DNA of 64,000 nucleotides from contig JADKCG010000015.1 of NCBI GenBank assembly GCA_016714745.1, forward strand, positions 5,043 to 69,042, read 5' to 3'. This DNA comes from Elusimicrobiota bacterium (GTDB taxonomy: Bacteria; Elusimicrobiota; Elusimicrobia; FEN-1173). Position 1 is the stretch's first letter. The number at the start of each line of letters is the position of its first letter. Shown here in pieces: positions 28,701 to 36,349 of this stretch. Below the pieces are notes generated by a model. That model ran no database searches and was not told the DNA's origin. It saw only the letters and a list, made by a program, of their open reading frames with translations. A program made the position numbers and the translations under genes.

Positions 28701-28826
28701 CATTTCATCTACTGACTCTGTGGTATTCGGCGGATGGGCTCCGCCAAACACGTAGGAGAGAGATATCGCACAAAGAACCGCGCCAACAAGCAGAACCCAC
28801 CCCCCAACCCAAAACCCACCCCCCAA
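25710..28826 (-). CDS. orphan giant membrane protein C (1038 aa), third gene of the orphan operon
   Basis: Long uninterrupted ORF. It has about 4 N-terminal TM segments, a Lys-rich linker (HKNKKNTKGESTNKPK), and a second TM block around aa 700-830. I recognise no family motif. The start is TTG. The gene looks AT-richer than flanking genes. Confidence 0.7.
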   Translation of the reverse strand: MGGGFWVGGWVLLVGAVLCAISLSYVFGGAHPPNTTESVDEMHFHYQIGFLLALVFMAPTLILFWWDPVWFTGLGAILGTFGAFLMGVGANYFLHSYFQPLEKIPHSDRHKNKKNTKGESTNKPKSGARGKDEPEETHDKIISSVRVNSEGVTETNGNKDATGKSSPVSLAPEGPADFSVNAEVRLDWARALAYGLSQKGPRESLQKIGLFDAIRRLINLLKMETPSIVFNGHLVPVRFILPGVTDVPAFSPSKGNNVRVRVRGAEEPIDIYLSGNPRSMPQPFTELIRKGLAHGVFREDGGPSYGLMGEVVASLAEVLVNDGRDGYLIPSRKLREIENMKPSDWRGVYYGSSRGLPPDLQKRLDFVDEYLEEYLIMMWNERWDDPIALFEKYAMDVEKALATGSVEWAGGALKHLTRILFHVDNPMFLRDYPAHLSRRLDRLRGSGKHDKEYTDDLVKLEDAYFAERNFDFILKTASRFRQQEKWAVSHVSEEALELVDFWKRVAIIIDSILVADWQKADQQTLELEKKGRDQLAKNNFSHFYFEEMLFDFLADYWAQRDGRARTNKDTRDSIASVLALSQGDQPPTSDEIKSALGQLTSPQIHYMTDYERWILQAALSRWAMTLPLERRKEVPRLSKHKGHVVANPHKAFLLEMMMNFPLRKVSLNTVAGAFGLVGSGALSRRHFAQMMHRLGFPKSFVQVILMDLNDGLNWSSPKTEGANQTGIILPGLAVILLGLFSSLLAGGVMLGRRNIDILVSVISVDPLFLFAFLVTVFWGVWFISLAWGLANRFLAGSYEAREKDLVLANSFAVAFKKTEFMESGSDLNLGLAGQDLVRRVYIQDSRHFRGILKTILSKIGIPLDWAHVRYLMARLWGAEMIGDVTLFPEGPGVRPLTVLYLDERMVSGNTGSLLEQYSPKGGGALVLVPTDEGARAAVLVVPVTFKGLIFDSRGEGVPRVPGLAEVERRLERAGVNFGQYTGCRVVTPLGMVLDTEGVRSSLFREALVLLLNGLTGVLLKREDLHFIDRVTRAVNSSA

Positions 28827-28836
28827 AGCTATAACG

Positions 28837-28845
28837 CCCCCCCCC
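28837..28845. repeat. C9 (G9 on the coding strand) homopolymer between an upstream ATG and the body of protein C
   Basis: ATG at 28920 opens the 71-aa ORF 28705-28920. Removing one G from this tract would join that ATG to the 1038-aa frame. Confidence 0.6.
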
Positions 28846-28931
28846 GTCGCCCCCCCTTGCCCCCAAACTCGGCGGACAACATTTGCCCTTTGCGCAGGGA
28901 AAAACTTTTTGATGACCCAATCCGAAAGTCC

Positions 28932-30326
28932 CTACTGCCCCACAAGGTTAAGCCCCGGCACAAAGTAAATCCATTCCCACGCCGGAGCCATATACTTCGT
29001 ATAGACGTAATACTTCCGCTCCTCTTCCCGCCACTGATTTCTCGCCAATCGATCAGCTATGGAAGCGGGGAGTCCCTTCGGCTTCTCGCCTCCCGCAACA
29101 AGGGAATCCTTTCCCCTGGACAACAAAGGACGGAAACCTTTATAGAGAGGGTTGTAAAAGCTCGAAGCCCCTGCAAAAGGAAGGAGTCTGTTGGTAAGCT
29201 CAGGGTTCATGGCCCCTTTCGTCGTTGAGCTTCCTTTATTGTCCACTTCAATGAGAGCGATATTTCCATCATTAAAAATTCGAAAATATATCCGGAGAGA
29301 ATGATCTTGGATGTATTCGCGTTGAACCCCCCGCAAGTTCCCTTTAAGGGACCGACCGCTGGCCATCGGATTTATTTGTTCTCTTTTTCGCTCAAATTGA
29401 TCGACATCGCAACGTTTCAAAGACTCCGTTATTTTCTTTAAAATTTCACGGGAATGATCTAGCCACAATTTTTGACCTTGTCCTTTTTGCAAGCTTTCTG
29501 ATAAAAAAATTCTGAAACCCATAAGTCGGACAACATCGTCATTGGTGCTGAGGTCTCGCGGATCAGATTGAGATTCGACCCACTCCAACCCGGCGGGGGC
29601 AAAACGTCCAAGTTTTTTTCTGAGAAGGGCAACAGCTTCCCTGCAAAAACCCATTCCAGAAACGTCCGTCTCTGGCCGAGACAATTCTGTCAACAAAGCC
29701 ACTTCCTGGGGATCCAATCCAAAGAGTTCCGGATTCTCTCCGGGAGAGAAATGGGGAGAGGTCGCAGAGCCTTGCACGGAAAGGCGACCGCGTAAACTCG
29801 CAAGGTGTTCATCCAACTCCAACGCTTTTTCAATTCCGAGGGAATCCAGAAAATCCTCATTCCCCCTCATTTCCAATAATTCGCCAATGGCCGACTTAAA
29901 ATCCCCCCTTTCGGAATTTGCCTGGACACGAATCAACGTTTTCTCAAAGACGTTCTGCGCCGTGCCTATTAAAAGATCTTCTAAAAGAGCGCAGATTTCT
30001 CTCACCACGGGATCTCCATTGATCCTCTGACTCTCTCCCCGTAGCCCGCCATGACTCATCTTTTTTCCATCCATCTCGGAGAGAAGTTGAGTGAAACCCT
30101 CCATGGTTCCCGGCCCGTTGGAATAGGTGTCCCAAAGAGTTGTGGCCTTTTCGATAAACAATTTATTCCGTAGGTTTAAATAAACCGGGGGGAGGGACAC
30201 CCTCTTCCCCCTGGCCAGCAATTTTTCTAGAAGCGGGGACTTCCTTTCGAGGGAAGGGGCGGATGTCTTGCTTCTTATTGCATTCACTTGCGACCGATAT
30301 TGGACAACAGCCTTCCGACCATACAA
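28932..30326 (-). CDS. orphan protein B (464 aa) with an internal RelE/ParE-like module
   Basis: Residues about 285-366 read LWLDHSREILKKITESLKRCDVDQFERKREQINPMASGRSLKGNLRGVQREYIQDHSLRIYFRIFNDGNIALIEVDNKG. This follows the RelE/ParE pattern (L.G.L.G...R.g.yRi.Y.i.....i.i..v). The rest is unrecognised. Confidence 0.65.
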   Translation of the reverse strand: MYGRKAVVQYRSQVNAIRSKTSAPSLERKSPLLEKLLARGKRVSLPPVYLNLRNKLFIEKATTLWDTYSNGPGTMEGFTQLLSEMDGKKMSHGGLRGESQRINGDPVVREICALLEDLLIGTAQNVFEKTLIRVQANSERGDFKSAIGELLEMRGNEDFLDSLGIEKALELDEHLASLRGRLSVQGSATSPHFSPGENPELFGLDPQEVALLTELSRPETDVSGMGFCREAVALLRKKLGRFAPAGLEWVESQSDPRDLSTNDDVVRLMGFRIFLSESLQKGQGQKLWLDHSREILKKITESLKRCDVDQFERKREQINPMASGRSLKGNLRGVQREYIQDHSLRIYFRIFNDGNIALIEVDNKGSSTTKGAMNPELTNRLLPFAGASSFYNPLYKGFRPLLSRGKDSLVAGGEKPKGLPASIADRLARNQWREEERKYYVYTKYMAPAWEWIYFVPGLNLVGQ

Positions 30327-30331
30327 TTCGT

Positions 30332-33300
30332 CTAATTCTTCCGTGGATGGGTTTCTCGAATGGATCTGAAAAATCGATCTTCGGGGAGGATGAATTGATC
30401 CGTGTAAAATCCATCCATGACAGAGATCAATTTATCCATGGTATTCAAATGCCCGTGAGGAGAATGAAAAGCCGCCCAAACGGCCTGATCGTCAGACAGG
30501 CTTAAATGCAACAACTCAAGAATTTTCCGGTGCCCTCTTCTCATGGACTCGTTGCCGTTCGTTTTCGCTGACATCCAGATTCGATTGACCGCCAAATATG
30601 CCAGCGCGTGGGATTTCTCATCATTCTGATAATAACGTCGCAAATGGTAAAAATGTTCGATGGTTCCCTCGAAAAACTGAACAAATATTTGGAGAGCCAT
30701 TTCAGCTTTGATCCGCTCAATGTAGGCCTCCTCATTCGGATCGTCCCCCTCTTCAGACATGGGGTTGACCTCGGGGGGGAGAGCCCGGATCAACGAACCA
30801 TCAGGTTTAAGCACCAACTTCAGCACAGGGTCCCCATGTGATTCAAAGGTTTTTAAATTGTCTTTCAAAGAAACACAAATGAAGTGCTTCACTCGAGCGA
30901 GGGCGATTCGCGTGTTCCAGTCCAAAACAGCGTATTCGATGTCTCTCCGATCCTGTTTTATGAACATTTTTAATTTTGCTTCTTCAGCGGCGGCGATGTG
31001 ATCGACAAAAACCATTCCCACCAGTGCTCCTGAATTGGTCGGCAGGACGGCAGGAAATTCTGTTTTGGTTCCCACATTTATGACCGGATAAATGGTTATG
31101 GGTTGACCCATATAGGACACCCGATGCGAATGGTCTCGATCAACAAGCAGGAGACGGTCAAACAGAGTCAAGTCGCCGATCGCTAAATTGTTCGGTAGCA
31201 ATAAGTAGGTTTGAAGGGCTTCTAAGAAATGAATAATGTCATCCCCTGCTTCTTCCGGTGAAAACAAATTCCCCAGGGTGTCATTAAGGTCAAGAGCTTG
31301 TTTAATCTCCCTCAAAATGAGGCTGAGCCGATCTCCCTCAGCAAGTTTTTCTTTACTCGGCAATATCAACGGGAGATACGCTTTCCGAAATTTCGGGTAC
31401 CATGTTTGCAACGTGGCGCCATTGACCCGATTTTTTGACTTTTGCTTTGTTGCCGGCAGAGCCAGCTTGACATTGGCAAAACGGTGGGAGAGAGTGACCC
31501 CCTCGTAAAACGCCAGGACAGCTCCCGCGAGAACTGCCGTCAAGGCGCCCCCCGTCTCCGCGGGAGCCAAAGAAACAACTGCGGTAAAGGCCCCGACCCC
31601 AAAACCAGTAAAGATCACGAACCCCAAAGAAACAAAGGGAAAATAGAGCCAAGCGACGATTTTTTTATAGGGAGCGGGGGTGGAGTCTTGTAGAGCGAAG
31701 AACACCTTCTGGTGCCCCCACAGAAACCAGACCAGGGAGACACTTCCGCTCACAAGAAAAACCCATGGGGAAACCGGAGAAATCAGCGCATCATATAAGA
31801 GAGTGGAAAGAATCGGGAGAACGTCCACGAACTCTTTTCGTATTTGGATCGGATTGATCCTGTCCTCAATCGAAAATTCGTTTTTCAGAAATTCTTTCGT
31901 TTGCACCCATCCCTCGCGAAGACCCCTTGCCACAGACAGCATGTCCCTCCCGGTTTCCACCACTTTCTTGATTTTCGTTGAGGTCATTTCGATCAAAAGA
32001 AACGCCTCTCGATTTCGACCAGAAAGCCGAAGACGAACATGATCCCCCCCTATTTTGACGGCTCCCAAAATTCCCACACCGCCCAAGCCGCTGTAAAGAA
32101 CCTGGGGATCCAGATTCATCGAAAGACCGCCCAAGTAAAGAGCGCCCGTCACCGACAGAAGGGGGAGCAGTGTATGAAGAATCCCAGGAGAAACCGGGTG
32201 ATCGGCCAGAAACAACTTTTCCCCTTGAAACAACTTTTCAAGGGGCGTCTTCTCCTGAGTAAAAACGGAGAGATACGCAGACCCTTCGGCCGTGTTCAAT
32301 TTTTCGATTTTCGGGACGAAAGAGACCACCGTCACGCCGGCTTTTGTCAGTTTTTCCGTCAAACCCTCGGCATGGAACCCTCCCGTCACCAGAACAGCCA
32401 CTTGCCCCGACGTTTCTCCCATGGCACGGAGTAAATGGTCCCCCATCGCTTGATCTCGTCTTTTGGCTTCCCGATAAAAGGATTCAAACGGTTTCAGATT
32501 TTCCTCAACAATCGTTTCCCCTGAACTTCCGGTTACATATTCATCCCATTCCCCCGGAGTCAAACTAAACTCCACCAGTTTTTCAGTTAAAGCGAGGGTT
32601 TTGGATTGGGCCACCAGTCGTCGCTCTTCCGGCGTTTGAGCGAGACGTCGATACGTTTCTTGTTCCAGCCAACGAATGTCGTGATACAACGATTCCGGAT
32701 TTATTTTGTCCGCCAGCAGAACGTACTGAAGATAATTGTCCATGGCCGGGAATTTCTCCAGTAAAATTCCGGTCTGTTTGCAGAGCCGGTTTAGCCGGGC
32801 ATAGAAATCGGCGGGGCGAACCTGTCCCGCGCGGTAGGCCAGGGTTACGGCCAAGAGGTCACTCTCCTGGGGGGGAGATATTTTTCGAGCCAGATGCTCG
32901 ACCAACGCGTTCCGTTCCTGTTCCACCCGACTAAAATCCATCTCCCGTTCCATGCTCACCGCTTTGAAATATTGACGGAGAGAGAGAGGAAGTGATTCTT
33001 TTTTCTGTTGAGAAATCATGACTTGAACGAAGTCGCCCAAGGACAGTTTCCGCGCCCCATAAGCCGCGGCCTGAGCATCAAATTTCAGCAGAGCGGAGGA
33101 GAACGCCTTCGTTTTCTCTTGTTCCAACGCTCGCGCCCTCCCGCGAAGAGTCTTCTGAATTTTGCTCTGTAACGGAATGGCCTGCCGGTAGGCTTCCACA
33201 TTGGCGTTGTAGTGAACAGGATCGTCGATCCCGATGACCGGGCAGAGGGGACCGGTGCCACTCAATGCCGCATGGATCGGGCCAGAAATCTTATTTTCTT

Positions 33301-33850
33301 TCAAAAGATAATCCGCCGCCTGTCGAAGCGCCTGCCGATTTTGAAAATCCCGAAACGGTTGCAACGGGATCTCTCCCGAGGCCCCTTCTAAGGCCAACAA
33401 GTTCGCCTTCCCCTCCGCCAGAAGACCCTCGATGGCGGCCCCGATGTTTCGCTGGGCCTCTGCATTCATATGAACATCTTGGATGTGTAAAACCAACGGA
33501 TGGGCCCGGGAAGGCGTGGGAGGAACCGAAACTTTTCGAATGGTTCCATGATGGAACGACAGTGCCGCCAAAAGCGATCGGTGAATTTTTAGAAATTCCG
33601 GCGGCAGACCTTCCGTCATGAAAAGCGACAGGGTTGACTCTTTTCCGTAAGAACTTAATTTCGAAAGAAGCGGTCCCCTCGCGGGGACCAAGGAAACCAA
33701 GGATTTCATGGCCGCACGCTGATGCGCCACCGCGCCCCGACGCTCCGACCAAAAACGGGACTCTCGGCCATACACAACAAGGCCGTTTACCCAGAAATGG
33801 AGGACCGAAAGCGTGAGGGCAAACCCCCTGTAAAATCTCTCTCTTTTCAC
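30332..33850 (-). CDS. orphan giant membrane protein A (1172 aa) with a TraB/PrgY/Tiki-like motif set
   Basis: It has an N-terminal anchor. The motifs LVLHIQDVHMN...LLALEGASGE, FYREAKRRDQAMGDHLL and VAVLVTGGFHAEG resemble the GTxH / ERDxxM / GxxH triad of the TraB-Tiki-ChaN superfamily. A TM block lies around aa 700-800, followed by a roughly 350-aa unknown C-terminal domain. Confidence 0.7.
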   Translation of the reverse strand: MKRERFYRGFALTLSVLHFWVNGLVVYGRESRFWSERRGAVAHQRAAMKSLVSLVPARGPLLSKLSSYGKESTLSLFMTEGLPPEFLKIHRSLLAALSFHHGTIRKVSVPPTPSRAHPLVLHIQDVHMNAEAQRNIGAAIEGLLAEGKANLLALEGASGEIPLQPFRDFQNRQALRQAADYLLKENKISGPIHAALSGTGPLCPVIGIDDPVHYNANVEAYRQAIPLQSKIQKTLRGRARALEQEKTKAFSSALLKFDAQAAAYGARKLSLGDFVQVMISQQKKESLPLSLRQYFKAVSMEREMDFSRVEQERNALVEHLARKISPPQESDLLAVTLAYRAGQVRPADFYARLNRLCKQTGILLEKFPAMDNYLQYVLLADKINPESLYHDIRWLEQETYRRLAQTPEERRLVAQSKTLALTEKLVEFSLTPGEWDEYVTGSSGETIVEENLKPFESFYREAKRRDQAMGDHLLRAMGETSGQVAVLVTGGFHAEGLTEKLTKAGVTVVSFVPKIEKLNTAEGSAYLSVFTQEKTPLEKLFQGEKLFLADHPVSPGILHTLLPLLSVTGALYLGGLSMNLDPQVLYSGLGGVGILGAVKIGGDHVRLRLSGRNREAFLLIEMTSTKIKKVVETGRDMLSVARGLREGWVQTKEFLKNEFSIEDRINPIQIRKEFVDVLPILSTLLYDALISPVSPWVFLVSGSVSLVWFLWGHQKVFFALQDSTPAPYKKIVAWLYFPFVSLGFVIFTGFGVGAFTAVVSLAPAETGGALTAVLAGAVLAFYEGVTLSHRFANVKLALPATKQKSKNRVNGATLQTWYPKFRKAYLPLILPSKEKLAEGDRLSLILREIKQALDLNDTLGNLFSPEEAGDDIIHFLEALQTYLLLPNNLAIGDLTLFDRLLLVDRDHSHRVSYMGQPITIYPVINVGTKTEFPAVLPTNSGALVGMVFVDHIAAAEEAKLKMFIKQDRRDIEYAVLDWNTRIALARVKHFICVSLKDNLKTFESHGDPVLKLVLKPDGSLIRALPPEVNPMSEEGDDPNEEAYIERIKAEMALQIFVQFFEGTIEHFYHLRRYYQNDEKSHALAYLAVNRIWMSAKTNGNESMRRGHRKILELLHLSLSDDQAVWAAFHSPHGHLNTMDKLISVMDGFYTDQFILPEDRFFRSIRETHPRKN

Positions 33851-33912
33851 AATGAAAAGTATAAGGTTTGGGGATTAAGATTTTCGAAAGAAGTTGTAAA
33901 TTTCTTGTAAAT

Positions 33913-34023
33913 TCAACCTGGATTTCCCGGGGGGCACAGGGCTACCGATGACAGAGCGAGGAAAAGAATTTCCCAGCCCTCCCGGGAGGAGATGCTCGGT
34001 CAACCGAAATTTTTAGGCTAACG
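33913..34023 (+). repeat. 111-nt structured repeat, copy C (most diverged)
   Basis: It aligns end to end with copy B and shares GGCACAGGGCTACCG, CCCTCCCGG, ATGCTC-GTCAAC and TTTT-AGG-TAACG. It lies between the start of protein A and the stop of the response regulator, whose stop codon it contains. Confidence 0.75.
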
Positions 34024-34392
34024 GGACCCCGCGAGGGCGGTTTGGACGGAATCGTTGAGGTTTTTGAGGGTAAACGGCTTTGAGAGGTAAGACTGGATTT
34101 CGCGGCCGATGTAATGGCGCACGTTCGATTCATCGCAAACCGTACACAAGATGATGGGAATATCGGGAAACCGGTGTTTGATGGCGATGGAGGTTTCTAC
34201 ACCGTTCATGCCGGGCATTCGAAGGTCCATAATGATCACATCGACCGATCGAGTTTCTAAAACCATGAGAGACTCTTCGCCCGAAGAGACCACTAAAACA
34301 CTTAACCCCTGAGATTCCAGTTCTTCCCGCATCACATCCTGAATAGCGGCATCGTCTTCCACCACCAGGACCACGCCCGAAGAGTGTGTCAA
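34018..34392 (-). CDS. single-domain response regulator (CheY-like receiver)
   Basis: VLVVEDD...DVIIMDLRMPGMNG...KPF. Confidence 0.9.
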   Translation of the reverse strand: MTHSSGVVLVVEDDAAIQDVMREELESQGLSVLVVSSGEESLMVLETRSVDVIIMDLRMPGMNGVETSIAIKHRFPDIPIILCTVCDESNVRHYIGREIQSYLSKPFTLKNLNDSVQTALAGSR

Positions 34393-34471
34393 TGAGTCTC
34401 CGACTTACAGTGGTTGCCCCGTCGCCGAGGTCACGCCTATCCCGCCCGATGAATCGGGCCGCACCAAAACC

Positions 34472-34741
34472 TTACCCTTCCATCGTGTCGTGAGTCACCG
34501 GGTCCACATGAACCCCCTGACTTTTCAGCCAAGCGATGGCCGCATCCAAGGTGGGTTCGTCGCCTTCCAATTCGAGCACGCTTTCGCCCGTTTTTTCAGT
34601 GATCTTCGCTCGGCGAACGTTGAAAATAATGTCGAATTTTTTTGACATTTCCCACGTGAGCGGTTTTTGAACCAAATCTGTTCGAAAGACCAAGTGAACG
34701 CGTTTCTTCACGTTAGCATCCCCCGGCAATGGCGGGGACAA
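34472..34741 (-). CDS. NIL-domain (ferredoxin-fold) protein
   Basis: VHLVFRTDLVQKPLTWEMSKKFDIIFNVRRAKI...GESVLELEGD...AIAWLKSQGVHVD resembles the NIL domain of MetN. The more likely start is GTG at 34711, 1 nt after the upstream stop. Confidence 0.7.
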   Translation of the reverse strand: MSPPLPGDANVKKRVHLVFRTDLVQKPLTWEMSKKFDIIFNVRRAKITEKTGESVLELEGDEPTLDAAIAWLKSQGVHVDPVTHDTMEG

Positions 34742-34991
34742 CGCTGACCTCGGCCCCTGCGGGAACCGCCGTTTTTGCGCCGTCCTTAAACCGGATGTCT
34801 TCCCCGTTCACAAAAACATTGATGAAACGGCGAATCTGTCCGGTTTCATCGCACAAACGTTCTTTCAAGCCGGGATATTTCTTCTCCAAATCAACAATGA
34901 CCTCGACCACCGTTTGGCCTTCCACATCGACGACAGCTTGATCTTTTGTCAAACGGCGAAGCGGGGCGGGAATTCGAACCTTGGCAGACAT
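34713..34991 (-). CDS. MoaD/ThiS-fold sulfur carrier protein, CysO-like, ending AGG-C
   Basis: VRIPAPLRRLT...VIVDLEKKYPGLKERLCDE...RFINVFVNGEDIRF...VVPAIAGGC follows the CysO pattern (V.IP..LR..T...DLE..Y.G..ERL...RF.N.YVN.EDVRF...PA.AGG), with one extra Cys after GG. Confidence 0.8.
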   Translation of the reverse strand: MSAKVRIPAPLRRLTKDQAVVDVEGQTVVEVIVDLEKKYPGLKERLCDETGQIRRFINVFVNGEDIRFKDGAKTAVPAGAEVSVVPAIAGGC

Positions 34992-35003
34992 GGCGCTTTC
35001 TCC

Positions 35004-36254
35004 TTAAGGACGAGGGGGCACAGCCGTCACCCGTTCATACAGTTCCCGAAATTCCTCCAACTTGGGAGAAATTTCATTCATGGGCGACGTACGTCCGGCA
35101 ACCGCCTCAATCGTTTTAAACCCATTTCCGGTGATGTAAGCCACCACCAGCTCGTCGGATGAAATGATACCAGTCCGCGCGAGCTTTTTCAACACGGCCG
35201 TCGTCACTCCCCCGGCGGTTTCGGTAAAAATTCCTTCTGTGCGAGCCAACAAGCGGATGCCGTCGATGATTTCAGCGTCAGTGGCGGTATCGGCCCCGCC
35301 GTGGGTCTCATGCACGATGCGCGCCGCGTAGGGCCCGTCAGCGGGGTTGCCAATGGCGAGGGATTTCGCGATGGTTTTTGGTCGAACCGGGCGGAGGATA
35401 TCGGTTTTTTCACGAATGGCCGTCACGACCGGAGAACAACCGTCCGCCTGGGCGATGGACATCTTGGTCTTGTGTTTCGGGATCAACCCGATCCCTTCTA
35501 ATTCTTTAAATCCCTTGTGAATTTTGGTGAGAAGCGATCCGCTGGCGGCAGGAACCACGCAGTGGTCCGGCGCGCGCCAGCCCAACTGTTCGGCCACCTC
35601 AAACGCCAGGGTTTTGGACCCTTCCGAATAATAGGGACGGAGGTTTACATTGACGAAGGCCCATTTATACATATCCGCGACTTCGGCACACAGGCGATTG
35701 ACTTCATCGTAATTGCCATGGACACCGACAATCACTGGGTCGTAAATGCCCGCTCCGATCACTTTTCCGGATTCCAAATCTGCGGGCATAAAAACAAACG
35801 TGCGAAACCCCGCGGCCGCGCCATAGGCCGCCACGGCCCCGGCCAAATTCCCGGTCGAGGCGCAGGCCACGGTATCAAACCCCAACTCCCGCGCCCGTGA
35901 GAGCGCCACGCTCACCACACGGTCTTTAAAAGAATAGGTGGGGTTCACCGCATCGTTTTTGATGAAGAGGTTCGAGAGACCCAGTTCCTTTCCCAACCGT
36001 TTGGCATGGAAAAGCGGCGTCATTCCCTCATGAATTGAAATAACGTTGTCGGTCTCAACGGGAAGCAAATCCCAATAGCGCCACAGGGTGTGCGGGCCAG
36101 ACTCGATTTTCCCGTGCGTCAGAGACCGTTTAATGAAATCGTAGTTGTAATCGACTTCAAGGGGGCCGAAACAAAATTCACAGACGTGAATGGCCTGGAG
36201 CGGATAGAGCCGCTCACATTCCTTGCACTTCAACCCTTTCATTTTCTGGGACAT
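35004..36254 (-). CDS. threonine synthase family PLP enzyme with N-terminal zinc ribbon
   Basis: MKGLKCKECERLYPLQAIHVCEFCFGPLEV (Cys4 ribbon), NPTYSFKDR (PLP lysine), ASTGN. I place the start at the internal ATG (MSQKMKGL). The function may be ThrC or a sulfur-incorporating paralogue (see findings). Confidence 0.85.
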   Translation of the reverse strand: MSQKMKGLKCKECERLYPLQAIHVCEFCFGPLEVDYNYDFIKRSLTHGKIESGPHTLWRYWDLLPVETDNVISIHEGMTPLFHAKRLGKELGLSNLFIKNDAVNPTYSFKDRVVSVALSRARELGFDTVACASTGNLAGAVAAYGAAAGFRTFVFMPADLESGKVIGAGIYDPVIVGVHGNYDEVNRLCAEVADMYKWAFVNVNLRPYYSEGSKTLAFEVAEQLGWRAPDHCVVPAASGSLLTKIHKGFKELEGIGLIPKHKTKMSIAQADGCSPVVTAIREKTDILRPVRPKTIAKSLAIGNPADGPYAARIVHETHGGADTATDAEIIDGIRLLARTEGIFTETAGGVTTAVLKKLARTGIISSDELVVAYITGNGFKTIEAVAGRTSPMNEISPKLEEFRELYERVTAVPPRP

Positions 36255-36349
36255 CGTTCGTCTCCTGGGAGCGCCCAAAAACAAAAATCCCCGAGGAGCT
36301 CGCTCCACGGGGGCGCTGGACCAGAAATTATTAAATCAGGGGACCAAAG

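Noticed and set aside
28705-28920. 71-aa ORF as an independent small gene between proteins B and C
   Set aside because: Its 3' two-thirds overlap the hydrophobic N-terminus of protein C in another frame and translate to a Trp/Gly/Cys-rich sequence. It is more likely the out-of-phase 5' end of protein C (see the G9-tract finding).
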